Shown: positions 27,419 to 35,825, numbered from the stretch's first letter. The stretch: 64,000 nucleotides of DNA from Dehalococcoidia bacterium (GCA_030648205.1 JAUSIH010000006.1:1357-65356), one strand, 5' to 3'. Numbers and translations are program-made. Notes: generated by a model from the sequence alone, not told the origin.

Positions 27419-27515
27419 CTGGTTCGACCCTTCGGCTTCGCTCAGGGCAGGCATGCTCACCATGAGCGACGAGTCGAAGCCGCTCGTCCTGAGCCCGTCG
27501 AAGGGCGAGCGAATG
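27419..27515. repeat. cluster of family-X/Y short hairpin units (..CTCAGGGCAGGC.., GCTCGTCCTGAGCCCGTCGAAGGGCGAGC)
   Basis: Shares the TGAGC(C/T)(C/T)GTCGAAGGGCGAGC core with the MITE hairpins. Confidence 0.55.
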
Positions 27516-27546
27516 AGTACCCCCGGTTTTCGGATAGGCTCTTACC

Positions 27547-27575
27547 TTGACCGTATGTGGCCTGGATGCTACACT
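27547..27575 (+). promoter_or_regulatory. promoter TTGACC-17-(TGc)TACACT for tRNA-His
   Basis: Read directly. The -10 ends 20 nt before the tRNA 5' end. Confidence 0.6.
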
Positions 27576-27595
27576 GGGCACTGTCCTGAAAACGC

Positions 27596-27672
27596 GGTGA
27601 GCGTTGCCTAGTGGTTAAGGCGCCTGGCTGTGGCCCAGGAGATCGAGGGTTCGAACCCCTCCGCTCACCCCA
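27596..27672 (+). tRNA. tRNA-His (anticodon GTG)
   Basis: Cloverleaf folded by hand. Acceptor GTGAGCG/CGCTCAC, extra G-1 opposite C73, anticodon loop CTGTGGC, T-loop TTCGAAC, encoded CCA. Confidence 0.9.
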
Positions 27673-27730
27673 TCCTCACCGCAACTCCCATCCAAGCTAC
27701 CCCACAGACCGCTGATCGCCACCGGGCGGT

Positions 27731-27760
27731 TTGCCTCGTGACTACCCCAGCGCCTATAAT
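27731..27760 (+). promoter_or_regulatory. promoter TTGCCT-18-TATAAT for tRNA-Arg
   Basis: Read directly. The -10 ends 8 nt before the tRNA 5' end. Confidence 0.6.
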
Positions 27761-27768
27761 GACGGCGT

Positions 27769-27845
27769 GCGCCCGTAGCTCAGCGGAACAGAGCGTCGGA
27801 CTTCGAATCCGATGGTCGTGGGTTCGAATCCCACCGGGCGCGCCA
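27769..27845 (+). tRNA. tRNA-Arg (anticodon TCG)
   Basis: Acceptor GCGCCCG/CGGGCGC, anticodon stem TCGGA/TCCGA with loop CTTCGAA, T-loop TTCGAAT, encoded CCA. Confidence 0.9.
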
Positions 27846-27885
27846 TTCTCCCCACGGAACTTGTCCAGACCTCCCCATGCTGAGT

Positions 27886-27972
27886 CTCTCCGCCGCGCGG
27901 ACCCCGTCCCAGCCTGGCGCGGCCCTAATGAGGCGAACTGGCCCGCGGCTTGCCTGCGGCGACCTTGGGTAG
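27886..27972. repeat. att-like direct repeat, left copy (decayed copy of the HD-gene 3' end plus 41-nt tail)
   Basis: Aligns in direct orientation with 30029..30117. On the minus strand it still reads ..AAGKPRASSPH*. Confidence 0.7.
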
Positions 27973-28128
27973 CCTTGCTCCGTTTGCAAATGTGGCCACG
28001 CATGGTCAGGCCTCCTTCAGCTTGTCTGTCATGGTGCCCACCCTCCAGTTCTTGAACCTGCGTGAAGTCCTGTTGCCGTAGGGCTTGGCTTTCCGGTAGT
28101 CCGTCTCGACGAGGTGGTCATGTTTGTG

Positions 28129-29346
28129 CTAACGCTCGTTGAGCAGATGCATCAACTTCTCTCCGGCTTCCTTGAGCTTTGCGGGGTCTTCTCCAATGCT
28201 GTCTTTGATCCCCTTTGCGACAAAGCTCAAAAGTTTGTCGGTCTGAATCGTACGAAACGTCTTCGCCGCTTTGTCAATACCCCTTTGAGTAGCCCGCGAA
28301 AAAGCCATCCGGCATCTTGGTGAACAGGTCCGGGCATCGCGACGATGTTCCGGTTTGAACAGCTCGCCACATGCCGCGCACGTTCGAGCCAGTGGAGTCT
28401 TACCACTTATTTCTAGAGCGAACAGGCAATATAGAGCAGCTAACAGGCAGTCGGCAACCAACAAGATTTCCCCGTCCCTGAATCGCAAAAGCCTGGGTTT
28501 GACGTGCCCATCGGAGATTTGGTCAAGCTGGTCCCACACACCTCCTAAGCGCATATTGATCATGTCATATATGTAGTACAAAGCCGGGCCCGTAACATCG
28601 CCTTTTTGCCAAACTGCGCTCACGGGAGACCTTACTGCGTTCTCACCTTTTTTAGCGAGCCTTTCCATTAAGGAAAGCTTGTCGCTAATTTCATAGAAAG
28701 GGATAAGCAAATTCCTGTTCGCCGGATATATTGATGTAATCTTATCTTGTTGCTGACCCTGCGAGTCAGATATAAGCACTTCATTCTCGGAAGGCCAGGT
28801 CACGTACCGCATCAGTTGTCTTTGTTTAGACGTGTCTCCCTGGCTTGCCTCCCTAGCAATGTTCCACAACTTCAGCAATTCACGCATGCGCATGATTTCC
28901 ACTCGCCAGAGTTGTGCGGGTTCGTGAGTTCCCACTGTGCCTTCTTTACGGTGTAGCGGAAATAGGTGTCTGAGATAGCCCCATTGGTTCGCAAATTGAA
29001 GGATGGAGTCATCGGTTCTGAGTGCGGCAAACCGATGATGTAGGTCCGTGACCCTGAGAGGGAAAACTGGGTTCCAGGAATCTCCGGGTGCCGTAGGGTC
29101 TGATATGTCCTTCCCAAGAGGGGCCAGGTTTATTGCGCCAAGTGGCGATTTGTACGTGACGAGCGGGGGATGACCTGGGGTTCTGGGGTAGAGAGGCGCG
29201 TATAGATAGCACGAAGGACAATACAGAGTCACCGCATGCTCGTGTGTCCATGGATGAACGCCTTCCTCGGTCCACTCGAAACCGGCTCTAGGCACGAACA
29301 CTGAGCAAGAGAATTGGCCTCTGACAAATCCTGGTAATGCAGGCAA
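28129..29346 (-). CDS. orphan protein with C-terminal CxxC-x14-CxxxC zinc ribbon
   Basis: The ORF is open to 29505 (458 aa) but has no ATG in the first ~215 codons. TTG 29346 has a GAGGAA RBS 4 nt upstream and lies downstream of the TGcTATACT -10 at 29390-29398. C-terminus reads CAACGELFKPEHRRDARTCSPRCRMAF. Confidence 0.55.
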   Translation of the reverse strand: MPALPGFVRGQFSCSVFVPRAGFEWTEEGVHPWTHEHAVTLYCPSCYLYAPLYPRTPGHPPLVTYKSPLGAINLAPLGKDISDPTAPGDSWNPVFPLRVTDLHHRFAALRTDDSILQFANQWGYLRHLFPLHRKEGTVGTHEPAQLWRVEIMRMRELLKLWNIAREASQGDTSKQRQLMRYVTWPSENEVLISDSQGQQQDKITSIYPANRNLLIPFYEISDKLSLMERLAKKGENAVRSPVSAVWQKGDVTGPALYYIYDMINMRLGGVWDQLDQISDGHVKPRLLRFRDGEILLVADCLLAALYCLFALEISGKTPLARTCAACGELFKPEHRRDARTCSPRCRMAFSRATQRGIDKAAKTFRTIQTDKLLSFVAKGIKDSIGEDPAKLKEAGEKLMHLLNER

Positions 29347-29389
29347 GTTCTTCCTCGTCGCCTCTGTTGTTACGTTTCGTGACACTACA

Positions 29390-29422
29390 AGTATAGCACA
29401 CTCCGTTACACGGTGCGATACT
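29390..29422. promoter_or_regulatory. back-to-back divergent extended -10 elements (minus TGcTATACT 29390-29398; plus TGcGATACT 29414-29422)
   Basis: Read directly between the orphan gene and the Xis-like gene. Confidence 0.4.
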
Positions 29423-29455
29423 GGAAGCGAGTGAAGCTCACCTAAGGAGGCCGTC

Positions 29456-29683
29456 GTGATGGAAGATACCGAGAAGTTGGTTATCAGCGTGGACGAAGCA
29501 GCCAAGTTGCTCGCTCTGAGCCGCTCTTCAGCCTACGCTGGGGTAAAAAACGGGCAAATACCTTCAATCAAAGTAGGTCGCAGAATACTTATCCCAAGGG
29601 CGGCCCTCCTGGCGAAGTTGGCGGGCGGCGGTGCGGCGCAGGGCAGCGGGGCGGAAGGTGCGCGGAGCGATGGGCGCTCCTAA
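29456..29683 (+). CDS. excisionase-family / MerR-like helix-turn-helix DNA-binding protein
   Basis: ISVDEAAKLLALSRSSAYAGVKNGQIPSIKVGRRILIPRAAL matches the Xis-type HTH pattern. AAGGAGG RBS. Confidence 0.7.
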   Translation: MMEDTEKLVISVDEAAKLLALSRSSAYAGVKNGQIPSIKVGRRILIPRAALLAKLAGGGAAQGSGAEGARSDGRS

Positions 29684-29933
29684 CGAGGCCGCTCCAGCGC
29701 AGGAGGCCGCCAACGAGCCGCGACTGGGCGGGATGACGCCGCGCAAGCGCCTAAGCGTGGCGCTGGACTGCCTCTTGTGGCTGGATGAGTATCTGCCTGG
29801 CCTGTTGCCGCCGGACTCTCCGGCGTGGGAGCACCTGCGCGAGTTGCGGCGCGAGGTGGAGCGGCTTATGGAGGGCGGGACGGGGCAGGCGGAGTCTGCA
29901 AAGGCGGGCGATGATGCCGATGCCACTCGTTAG
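29670..29933 (+). CDS. hypothetical protein (87 aa)
   Basis: The ATG overlaps the end of the HTH gene. No recognisable motif. Confidence 0.35.
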   Translation: MGAPNEAAPAQEAANEPRLGGMTPRKRLSVALDCLLWLDEYLPGLLPPDSPAWEHLRELRREVERLMEGGTGQAESAKAGDDADATR

Positions 29934-30028
29934 TTACGCCGAACGGCTCATGGTCGCCTTGCGGTGCGGCCAAGGTGTCGGCCAAGGCCTGCTCCATCAT
30001 GAAGCGCGCTCTACCATCTTCATGCGCG

Positions 30029-30117
30029 GTCTCTCCAACGCCCGGTTCCCGTCCCGGCTTGGCGCGGCCCTAATGAGGCGAACCGGCCCTCGGCTTGTCT
30101 GTGACACCTTTGGGTGT
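30029..30117. repeat. att-like direct repeat, right copy (genuine 3' end of the HD gene plus tail)
   Basis: Aligns with 27886..27972. Confidence 0.7.
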
Positions 30118-30651
30118 CCTCGCGACGGCCAGGTCGGCGTGGCAGATGAGCTGGCCTTCGGGACTGTCCGGCTCCACATCCACCTTGGGGCTGTGGGCCA
30201 TGATGATAAAGACGATGTCCATTGGCAGCCCCGCCAGCAACGCAAGGTGTCCCCCGTATGCGCCGTGGACGATCTTCTCCGACAGCGCGGAGTGCTTGGC
30301 CTTGTCGCCCGTCCCTTCGTACATGACTATCTTGTCCACGTCGTGCAGCAGAGCGCCGGCGATGACGTAGTCGAAATTGAGCTTTGTCCCGTACACCTGC
30401 TGGAGCTGCTGGCCTATTGCGTAGGCGGAGCCGGTCACCGCGTTGACGTGCTTCAGCAGGGAGTCCTCCGGCCTGCCGACGCCCATGGGGGCGTCCTCCA
30501 GGCGCTTGTAGGAGCTTTCCTTCCAGGCCATGTACCAGGTCTTGACGACTCCCTCTCGCAGGCTGGCGTCCTTGATTTTCGCCAGCGCCGGAAACGCCTT
30601 TCCGATGGCTTTCCTGGCGTCCGCTGGAACGTTGGCGACGGGCTTTGCCAT
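30070..30651 (-). CDS. HD domain-containing protein
   Basis: HVNAV..ALLHDVDK is the HD motif. 193 aa. Confidence 0.8.
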   Translation of the reverse strand: MAKPVANVPADARKAIGKAFPALAKIKDASLREGVVKTWYMAWKESSYKRLEDAPMGVGRPEDSLLKHVNAVTGSAYAIGQQLQQVYGTKLNFDYVIAGALLHDVDKIVMYEGTGDKAKHSALSEKIVHGAYGGHLALLAGLPMDIVFIIMAHSPKVDVEPDSPEGQLICHADLAVARTPKGVTDKPRAGSPH

Positions 30652-30766
30652 GATTCTCTCCTCCTTTGGTCTTCTCCGCTTCTGAAATCAAATAGGCCTG
30701 GGATTGGCGTCCCTTTCGGAGCCGACGGTCGTGAGTTCACATCTCGGCTTCACCGGCCTCTCGCGC

Positions 30767-31747
30767 CTACCGCCGCCTTGCGGGTGAGTCCAGCACCTCC
30801 GGATTGAGCACCCGCAGCGGCTTGCCGTCCACGAACGACAGGATGCTCTCGATCGCATCCGTGTAGTAGGTGTGGTAGGAATCCTCGGTCACGTAGCCGA
30901 GGTGTGGTGTCAGGACAGTGTTCCGCGCCGTCAGCAGCGGATGCCCCTTGGGCAACGGCTCCTGGTCGAAGGTGTCGAGCCCCGCGCCCGCTATCGTCCC
31001 GTCGTTCAGCGCGCTCACCAGCGCGGCCTCGTCAACGATTGGCCCGCGCGACGTGTTGATGAGGTAGGCGGTCCGCTTCATCAGCGCCAGGTCGTCCGCG
31101 CCCAGCAGGCCCCGCGTGCGCGGACTCAGCCGGAGGTGGATGGTGACCACGTCTGACGTCTGAAGCAGCTCCAGCTTGGACACGAACCTCGCGCCGCACT
31201 CCGCGGCGCGCGCCGCCGTGAGGTTCTGGCTCCACGCCACGACGTGCATCCGCAGCGCTTGCGCTATTTGCGCGATGTGTGAGCCAATGGTGCCGAGGCC
31301 GATGACCCCAAGGGTTTTTCCACCGAGCGCCACGCCCACCGTCCGCTGCCAGTGGCCCTCCCGCACGGTGCGGTCTTCCTTCGTGATGTGCCGCATCACC
31401 GCAATCATCAGGCCGATAGTCAGATCGGCGGTGCTCGTGCTCGTCCCTCCGGTGTAGCTTACGACAATACCCAGCTTCGTCGCCGCATCCGTGTCAAAGG
31501 AAGCGTTGCGGCGGCCCGTGGTCACGAGCAGCCGCAGCGACGGCAGTTGCCTCAGGAGCGAGTCGGGGAACGGCGTCCGCTCGCGCATGGCGATGACGAA
31601 ATCAAAGTCGTGGAGCCGCTTCGCGACCGCGCCCTCGTCCTCCAGGTGGTCGCGGAAGAACACGACCTCGTGGGCGCGCAGCAGGCTCCAGTCGGCTATC
31701 CGCCGCGCGACATTCTGGTAGTCGTCGAGCACAGCTATGCGCGCCAT
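30767..31747 (-). CDS. D-2-hydroxyacid dehydrogenase family
   Basis: Taken from Met65 of ORF 30767..31939, with an AAGGAG RBS. GVIGLGTIGSHIAQ is a Rossmann motif; INTSRG is also present. Confidence 0.9.
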   Translation of the reverse strand: MARIAVLDDYQNVARRIADWSLLRAHEVVFFRDHLEDEGAVAKRLHDFDFVIAMRERTPFPDSLLRQLPSLRLLVTTGRRNASFDTDAATKLGIVVSYTGGTSTSTADLTIGLMIAVMRHITKEDRTVREGHWQRTVGVALGGKTLGVIGLGTIGSHIAQIAQALRMHVVAWSQNLTAARAAECGARFVSKLELLQTSDVVTIHLRLSPRTRGLLGADDLALMKRTAYLINTSRGPIVDEAALVSALNDGTIAGAGLDTFDQEPLPKGHPLLTARNTVLTPHLGYVTEDSYHTYYTDAIESILSFVDGKPLRVLNPEVLDSPARRR

Positions 31748-31793
31748 TGCGTTACTCCTTCGGTCGTTAGCGCCGCAGGCCCCGCGGCGTCCC

Positions 31794-32303
31794 CTATTTT
31801 GGCAGAAGCGGCTCGCAGACGTCAACCCACCGCGCGACGCGCCTGCCCAGGGCGTCGGCCAGGCGCGCGTCCAGCGGCGCGTCCAGCGGCAGCGTCTCGT
31901 GGAGGCGCGTCCAGCTCTTCGTCCACTCCTCCGGCTCAATGCGCGGCCCCAGCGCCTGCATCAGCTCGCCCGCGTGCGCCACGAGGCCCGCGAGCAGGGC
32001 GCGGTTCCGCTCGCCGTCCCGGCCCTCGAAGTGGAGGCCGACTTCGATGACGCCCTGTCCGGCGGGTTGGCCGCGGCGCTGCACCCAGACCTCGTAGTGG
32101 ACCGTCGTGTCGCCGAAGTGGAGCTGAAGCAGGCTGAAGCGGATGCGGGAGTCGGCCTTGCGCGCCAGTCCGGGCGGGAGCGCGGCCAGCGCCGCCGATT
32201 CCACGAGCCGCAGGAAATCCCGCGTGCCCAGCCCCGCGTGCGGGCGGTCGCGGCGCGCCTTGCGAACGCCCGCATAGCGCGCGGGTGTCTGCTTTGGGGC
32301 CAA
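31794..32303 (-). CDS. hypothetical protein (169 aa)
   Basis: Coding-like composition but no recognised motif. Confidence 0.55.
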   Translation of the reverse strand: MAPKQTPARYAGVRKARRDRPHAGLGTRDFLRLVESAALAALPPGLARKADSRIRFSLLQLHFGDTTVHYEVWVQRRGQPAGQGVIEVGLHFEGRDGERNRALLAGLVAHAGELMQALGPRIEPEEWTKSWTRLHETLPLDAPLDARLADALGRRVARWVDVCEPLLPK

Positions 32304-32385
32304 TATCTCACCTTCATGTCAGACTATTGGGATAGCGGCGGTCCTCGTCTCCTAGCGGCCTTTCCGTCGTCGCTTCCCCACAGCC

Positions 32386-33156
32386 TCAAGGGTACCCGGT
32401 GAACGCCACAAACAGCCTGGTCTTGGGCGCGGACCAGTCGCCGGAAACGTAGGTCTTCTCGCTATTCTTGCTGGGGTCTTTGAGGTTCGTGTACTTGTAT
32501 TTGTACTCGATGCTGGTGACGTACTTCTGCACGTCGGGACCGTCCTTGGCGAAAGACGGGAGTGGAACGTTTGACAGCACCATCCTTGCGGTGATGAGTT
32601 TACGCGTGTTGTCATCAAAGCCCTGCCGGTCAAGTCGCCACCAGGTGTACGTGGCGGACAGGAGCGTCTGGCCATCCGCGGAGACCGTGCCCGTCAAGTC
32701 CTGGGTATACCCGAACTCCCCCTGGCGCACGGAGTCCTTGAACGAGAAAGTAGCCCCGCTCCAGGTAATGGCAGGCATGGTCTGCAAGTAACGCCCGCCC
32801 CTCACCTCGGCTTCACTATAGCCGAAGGGTGTTGAGATGCTATCGGAGGCGCCGTCACCACCAATAACAGCATCACCGAGCCCGCTGGCGCCACTGACAA
32901 CAGCAGCGAACCTCGTAGCCTTCTGCAGCTCGGCCAAGCGGTTTGGGAGTGCCGGGGCAACGGCGGGCGCGGGCGTTGGTGACACGGCTGGCCGCGCAGG
33001 CGTCGGGGTTGGCGCTGACGCAGTCGCCGCGGGGCGGGACACGGGCACGGGGGTCTCGTCCCCAATTGTGATTCTGATACGGTCACAGCCGGAGGCGAGC
33101 AGAACCAGAAGCGTGACCACGAGAAGAGCGGGAAGGGCTACGTGGTGCGACCTCAC
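32386..33156 (-). CDS. lipoprotein (256 aa)
   Basis: GTG start at codon 77 of ORF 32386..33384, with an AAGAAGGAGGA RBS. Signal peptide with lipobox LLASGC, then a Pro/Thr/Ala linker. Confidence 0.7.
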   Translation of the reverse strand: MRSHHVALPALLVVTLLVLLASGCDRIRITIGDETPVPVSRPAATASAPTPTPARPAVSPTPAPAVAPALPNRLAELQKATRFAAVVSGASGLGDAVIGGDGASDSISTPFGYSEAEVRGGRYLQTMPAITWSGATFSFKDSVRQGEFGYTQDLTGTVSADGQTLLSATYTWWRLDRQGFDDNTRKLITARMVLSNVPLPSFAKDGPDVQKYVTSIEYKYKYTNLKDPSKNSEKTYVSGDWSAPKTRLFVAFTGYP

Positions 33157-33236
33157 GGCGTCCTCCTTCTTAAGGCGATGTTGCCTGGGCAGCTTCCAGC
33201 GTCCGGGCGCGCGGGGCTGTGAGACCAGCCCCTGAC
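32998..33236. repeat. duplicated leader + RBS + signal peptide + linker module, copy 1
   Basis: Aligns with 35468..35716. Confidence 0.75.
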
Positions 33237-33292
33237 TCGGCGCGGCCTGCCCTTCAACGTGCGCCCCTTGCGGCCCCGTCCTACCGGGCCAG

Positions 33293-35635
33293 CTACTCCC
33301 ACGCGTACGTGTACATCGTGCTACTATTGCCGCCAATCGTCCCTGCACTGTAGGTGACGACCATCTCCTGGCCTCTGGAGCCATTGGGCACTTTCCAGTC
33401 TATCGCTTGTGATTTCGGGGGCGGTGAGGGTTGCGTGGCTGTGTTGTAGCGCACCTCCACGGTCCCGTACGGACTAGCGCTTTGGAACGCCAATTGGAGC
33501 GATATGCCGGTGTAGACATAGCCTGTGTACTCCAGGTTTCCTGGCACCCCTATGCACCCCCCCGCGGCCTTTACACTGGCAGTTCCGGTAACCGGTACCA
33601 TCTGACCAGGCGTCAGACGTCCAGGGGGCGCGGCGGAAAAGGAGTGAGAGCTTTGATACACGATCTCGGTATTCTTTCCATTGCAGAAATCTGCCTGCTT
33701 CGCGCTGCCCGTTGCCGTTAGCCCGCCGCTCACCTGGAAACCGGAAAGTCCACGGTAACCTTCGGGGAATTTTTCGACGCTTGCTTCTGTTTTCTTGAGC
33801 ACCCAGGGCGGGCCCCTGCCGGTGGTTGGCGTGGGGGTAGCGGTTGGCGTTGGCGTTGGCGTGCCCGATTCGTAACGGACTGTCACGTACCGGAAGTCCA
33901 CGTATTCCCAGTCCTTTCCGACCTTGCCGTAGACAGCGAACCCCAGTTTGTTATCGCCGGGTACGAGGGTGAAGCGCCCCGAGGCATCCGGATTGAGCTT
34001 CTGCCCGTCGCGATAGATAGCAATCCTTATACCTTCTTCGAGGTTGCCGATCCTCACTGGGCTGATGGCGATCACCGTGCCGTTATTCAGCGGCTGCACG
34101 TTGCCATCCTTGTCAACGTAACCCAGGGTGTACTTCGGGAAGCGGTCGTTGCCGATGGTACCGCTCTTGACCTCCGCCCAGCGGCGCGCGATGAGGCTCC
34201 AGTCCACGGTGGCCGTCTTGGCGGCGTACTGGATGGTCTCATAGGCCTTGCCTCTGCCAGCCTTGATCTCCTTTTCGTTCGCCCCCGAGTTGTACGGCTT
34301 GAACTTGCCGTTCACAAACTCGATGCGCCGGTCGTTGTCGCCCGGATAGTTGGGGTCGGCGATGTAAATCTGGTTGTCCTTGATACAGTAGCCAATCATG
34401 TCGTGCCCGCCGCCCTTGCTGGAAAAGAGGCCTACCTCCTGCGGCTCGCCGGTGAGCTGCATGGAGTAGGCGAACGCCTTGAAGGTCAACTCGTCATCCA
34501 CGCCAGCCAGGTTTTCTTGGAGCTTGTTGGCGAAGCTGTCCCAGTTGATGTCCTTCTGAATGACCGAGGCGAAACGATAGCCGTAGCTGTCGTCCTCCCA
34601 TATCTCCGGCGTAGCGGGGGTGAGACGGTTGTTGTCATAGCGGTCGTACAGTGTCAAGTCCTTGCCGTCCGGCTGGGTCACATAGTACCAGAGGGCGGTG
34701 AGAGCCTGGCCGGCGCAGTGGCCGCCGGGCTCGATGTACGAGCCGCGATTGACGAATTGCCAGTCGTCAATCCCTGGGCGGAATCCGCTGTCAATGTCCT
34801 TTTTCAGCGGTATGGAATCAATGACACTGATGATGACATTCGAGTAATGGTAGGTCCCCACGGTCACTGAACTGGCGCTCATCGCCAGGAGCGGCAGGCC
34901 CTCCAGCTTGCCGGTCTTGTCGTCATAGAGGAAGCCCATGGCGAACTCGCCCGGGGCCAGCGTCACCGGCACCGTCAACCTCATCATCTCGCCGGAATAG
35001 CCGCCGCCGTTGTCCACCGTGATGAGCGGTGAGGCGGCCTTGAAGTCCTTGAAAGTGACGCCGATCACGGGAGCGTAGGAGACCTTGAAGGCGCGCTTGT
35101 CCGGATATGCGTTGGCTGGTACGGTCACCTTCAGACCATTCACGGAGTCACCGGGGCGGGTGTACTCGATCTGCCCGCCGGCCGGGGGCACCTCCGTCGA
35201 GGCTACGGTGACGGTCTGACCGACGGTAATCTTGCCCGTAGCGGACTGGCGGGTGCCGGGCGGGGGCGGCGGTGGCTTGGGCGGGCGGGAAACAGGCCAG
35301 GAGGGCAGAGGGTCGTTCGCCGCGGGCAGGGAGAGACCTGACGATGGTGACGGCGCAGGCTGTGGCGTTGGGGCGCGGGCCACGGGGGCCGCGGTGGGCG
35401 CAGGGGCTGGTGGGACAAGCGCCGCAGGAGCCGCAGTGGGCGCGGGCCGAGGCGTGGGTGGAGGCGCAGGCGTCGGGGTTGGCGCCAGCGCGGGCGACGC
35501 AGAAGTCGCAGGGCGGGACACGGGCACGGGGGTCTCGTCCCCGAATTCGATTTTGATAAGGTTACAGCCGGAGACGAGCAGAACCAGGAGCGGGACCACG
35601 AGAAGAGCGGGAAGGGCTACGTGGTGCGACCTCAT
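33293..35635 (-). CDS. large lipoprotein (780 aa) with putative papain-fold cysteine peptidase-like core
   Basis: MRSHHVALPALLVVPLLVLLVSGC lipobox and a long Pro-rich linker. Candidate triad: GGHCAGQALTALWYY (Cys307), GGGHDMIGY (His411), IADPNYP (Asp427). Confidence 0.75.
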   Translation of the reverse strand: MRSHHVALPALLVVPLLVLLVSGCNLIKIEFGDETPVPVSRPATSASPALAPTPTPAPPPTPRPAPTAAPAALVPPAPAPTAAPVARAPTPQPAPSPSSGLSLPAANDPLPSWPVSRPPKPPPPPPGTRQSATGKITVGQTVTVASTEVPPAGGQIEYTRPGDSVNGLKVTVPANAYPDKRAFKVSYAPVIGVTFKDFKAASPLITVDNGGGYSGEMMRLTVPVTLAPGEFAMGFLYDDKTGKLEGLPLLAMSASSVTVGTYHYSNVIISVIDSIPLKKDIDSGFRPGIDDWQFVNRGSYIEPGGHCAGQALTALWYYVTQPDGKDLTLYDRYDNNRLTPATPEIWEDDSYGYRFASVIQKDINWDSFANKLQENLAGVDDELTFKAFAYSMQLTGEPQEVGLFSSKGGGHDMIGYCIKDNQIYIADPNYPGDNDRRIEFVNGKFKPYNSGANEKEIKAGRGKAYETIQYAAKTATVDWSLIARRWAEVKSGTIGNDRFPKYTLGYVDKDGNVQPLNNGTVIAISPVRIGNLEEGIRIAIYRDGQKLNPDASGRFTLVPGDNKLGFAVYGKVGKDWEYVDFRYVTVRYESGTPTPTPTATPTPTTGRGPPWVLKKTEASVEKFPEGYRGLSGFQVSGGLTATGSAKQADFCNGKNTEIVYQSSHSFSAAPPGRLTPGQMVPVTGTASVKAAGGCIGVPGNLEYTGYVYTGISLQLAFQSASPYGTVEVRYNTATQPSPPPKSQAIDWKVPNGSRGQEMVVTYSAGTIGGNSSTMYTYAWE

Positions 35636-35716
35636 GACGTCCTCCTTCTTAAGGCGATGTTGCCTGGGCAGCTTCCCGCATCCGTGCGCGCGGGGCTGTT
35701 AAGACCAGCCCTTGAC
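35468..35716. repeat. duplicated leader + RBS + signal peptide + linker module, copy 2
   Basis: Aligns with 32998..33236. Confidence 0.75.
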
Positions 35717-35825
35717 GCGGCATGGATGCTAACTCTACCCGACGCAGTACCTACTATGGCGCTGAGGCCGGTCGCACCCTTCCCTATTGCTGGCGGCCTT
35801 TTGTCATCCTCCTTTTTGTCGTCAC

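Larger units (their letters stand above)
27973..30028. mobile_element. putative integrated element or remnant (~2.06 kb, lower G+C, no recognisable recombinase)
   Basis: Flanked by ~85-bp direct repeats and next to tRNA-Arg. Carries an Xis-like HTH gene and orphan ORFs. Confidence 0.5.

Noticed and set aside
27665-28003. 112-aa minus-strand ORF with a good GAAGGAGG RBS and ATG at 28003.
   Set aside because: It runs antisense through both tRNA genes and the att-like repeat, and its translation has no motif. The RBS-like sequence is probably coincidental or belongs to the island terminus.
27973-30028. Searched the island for an integrase, recombinase or transposase.
   Set aside because: No R..HxxR..Y pattern, serine-recombinase N-terminal motif or DDE pattern was seen in any frame. 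Absence cannot be proven without profile searches, so the island is reported as a remnant or non-autonomous element.
29785-30807. 340-aa plus-strand ORF spanning the island edge and the HD gene.
   Set aside because: It is antisense to the HD-domain gene, which has a clear HD motif. Its composition is typical of GC-rich antisense frames.
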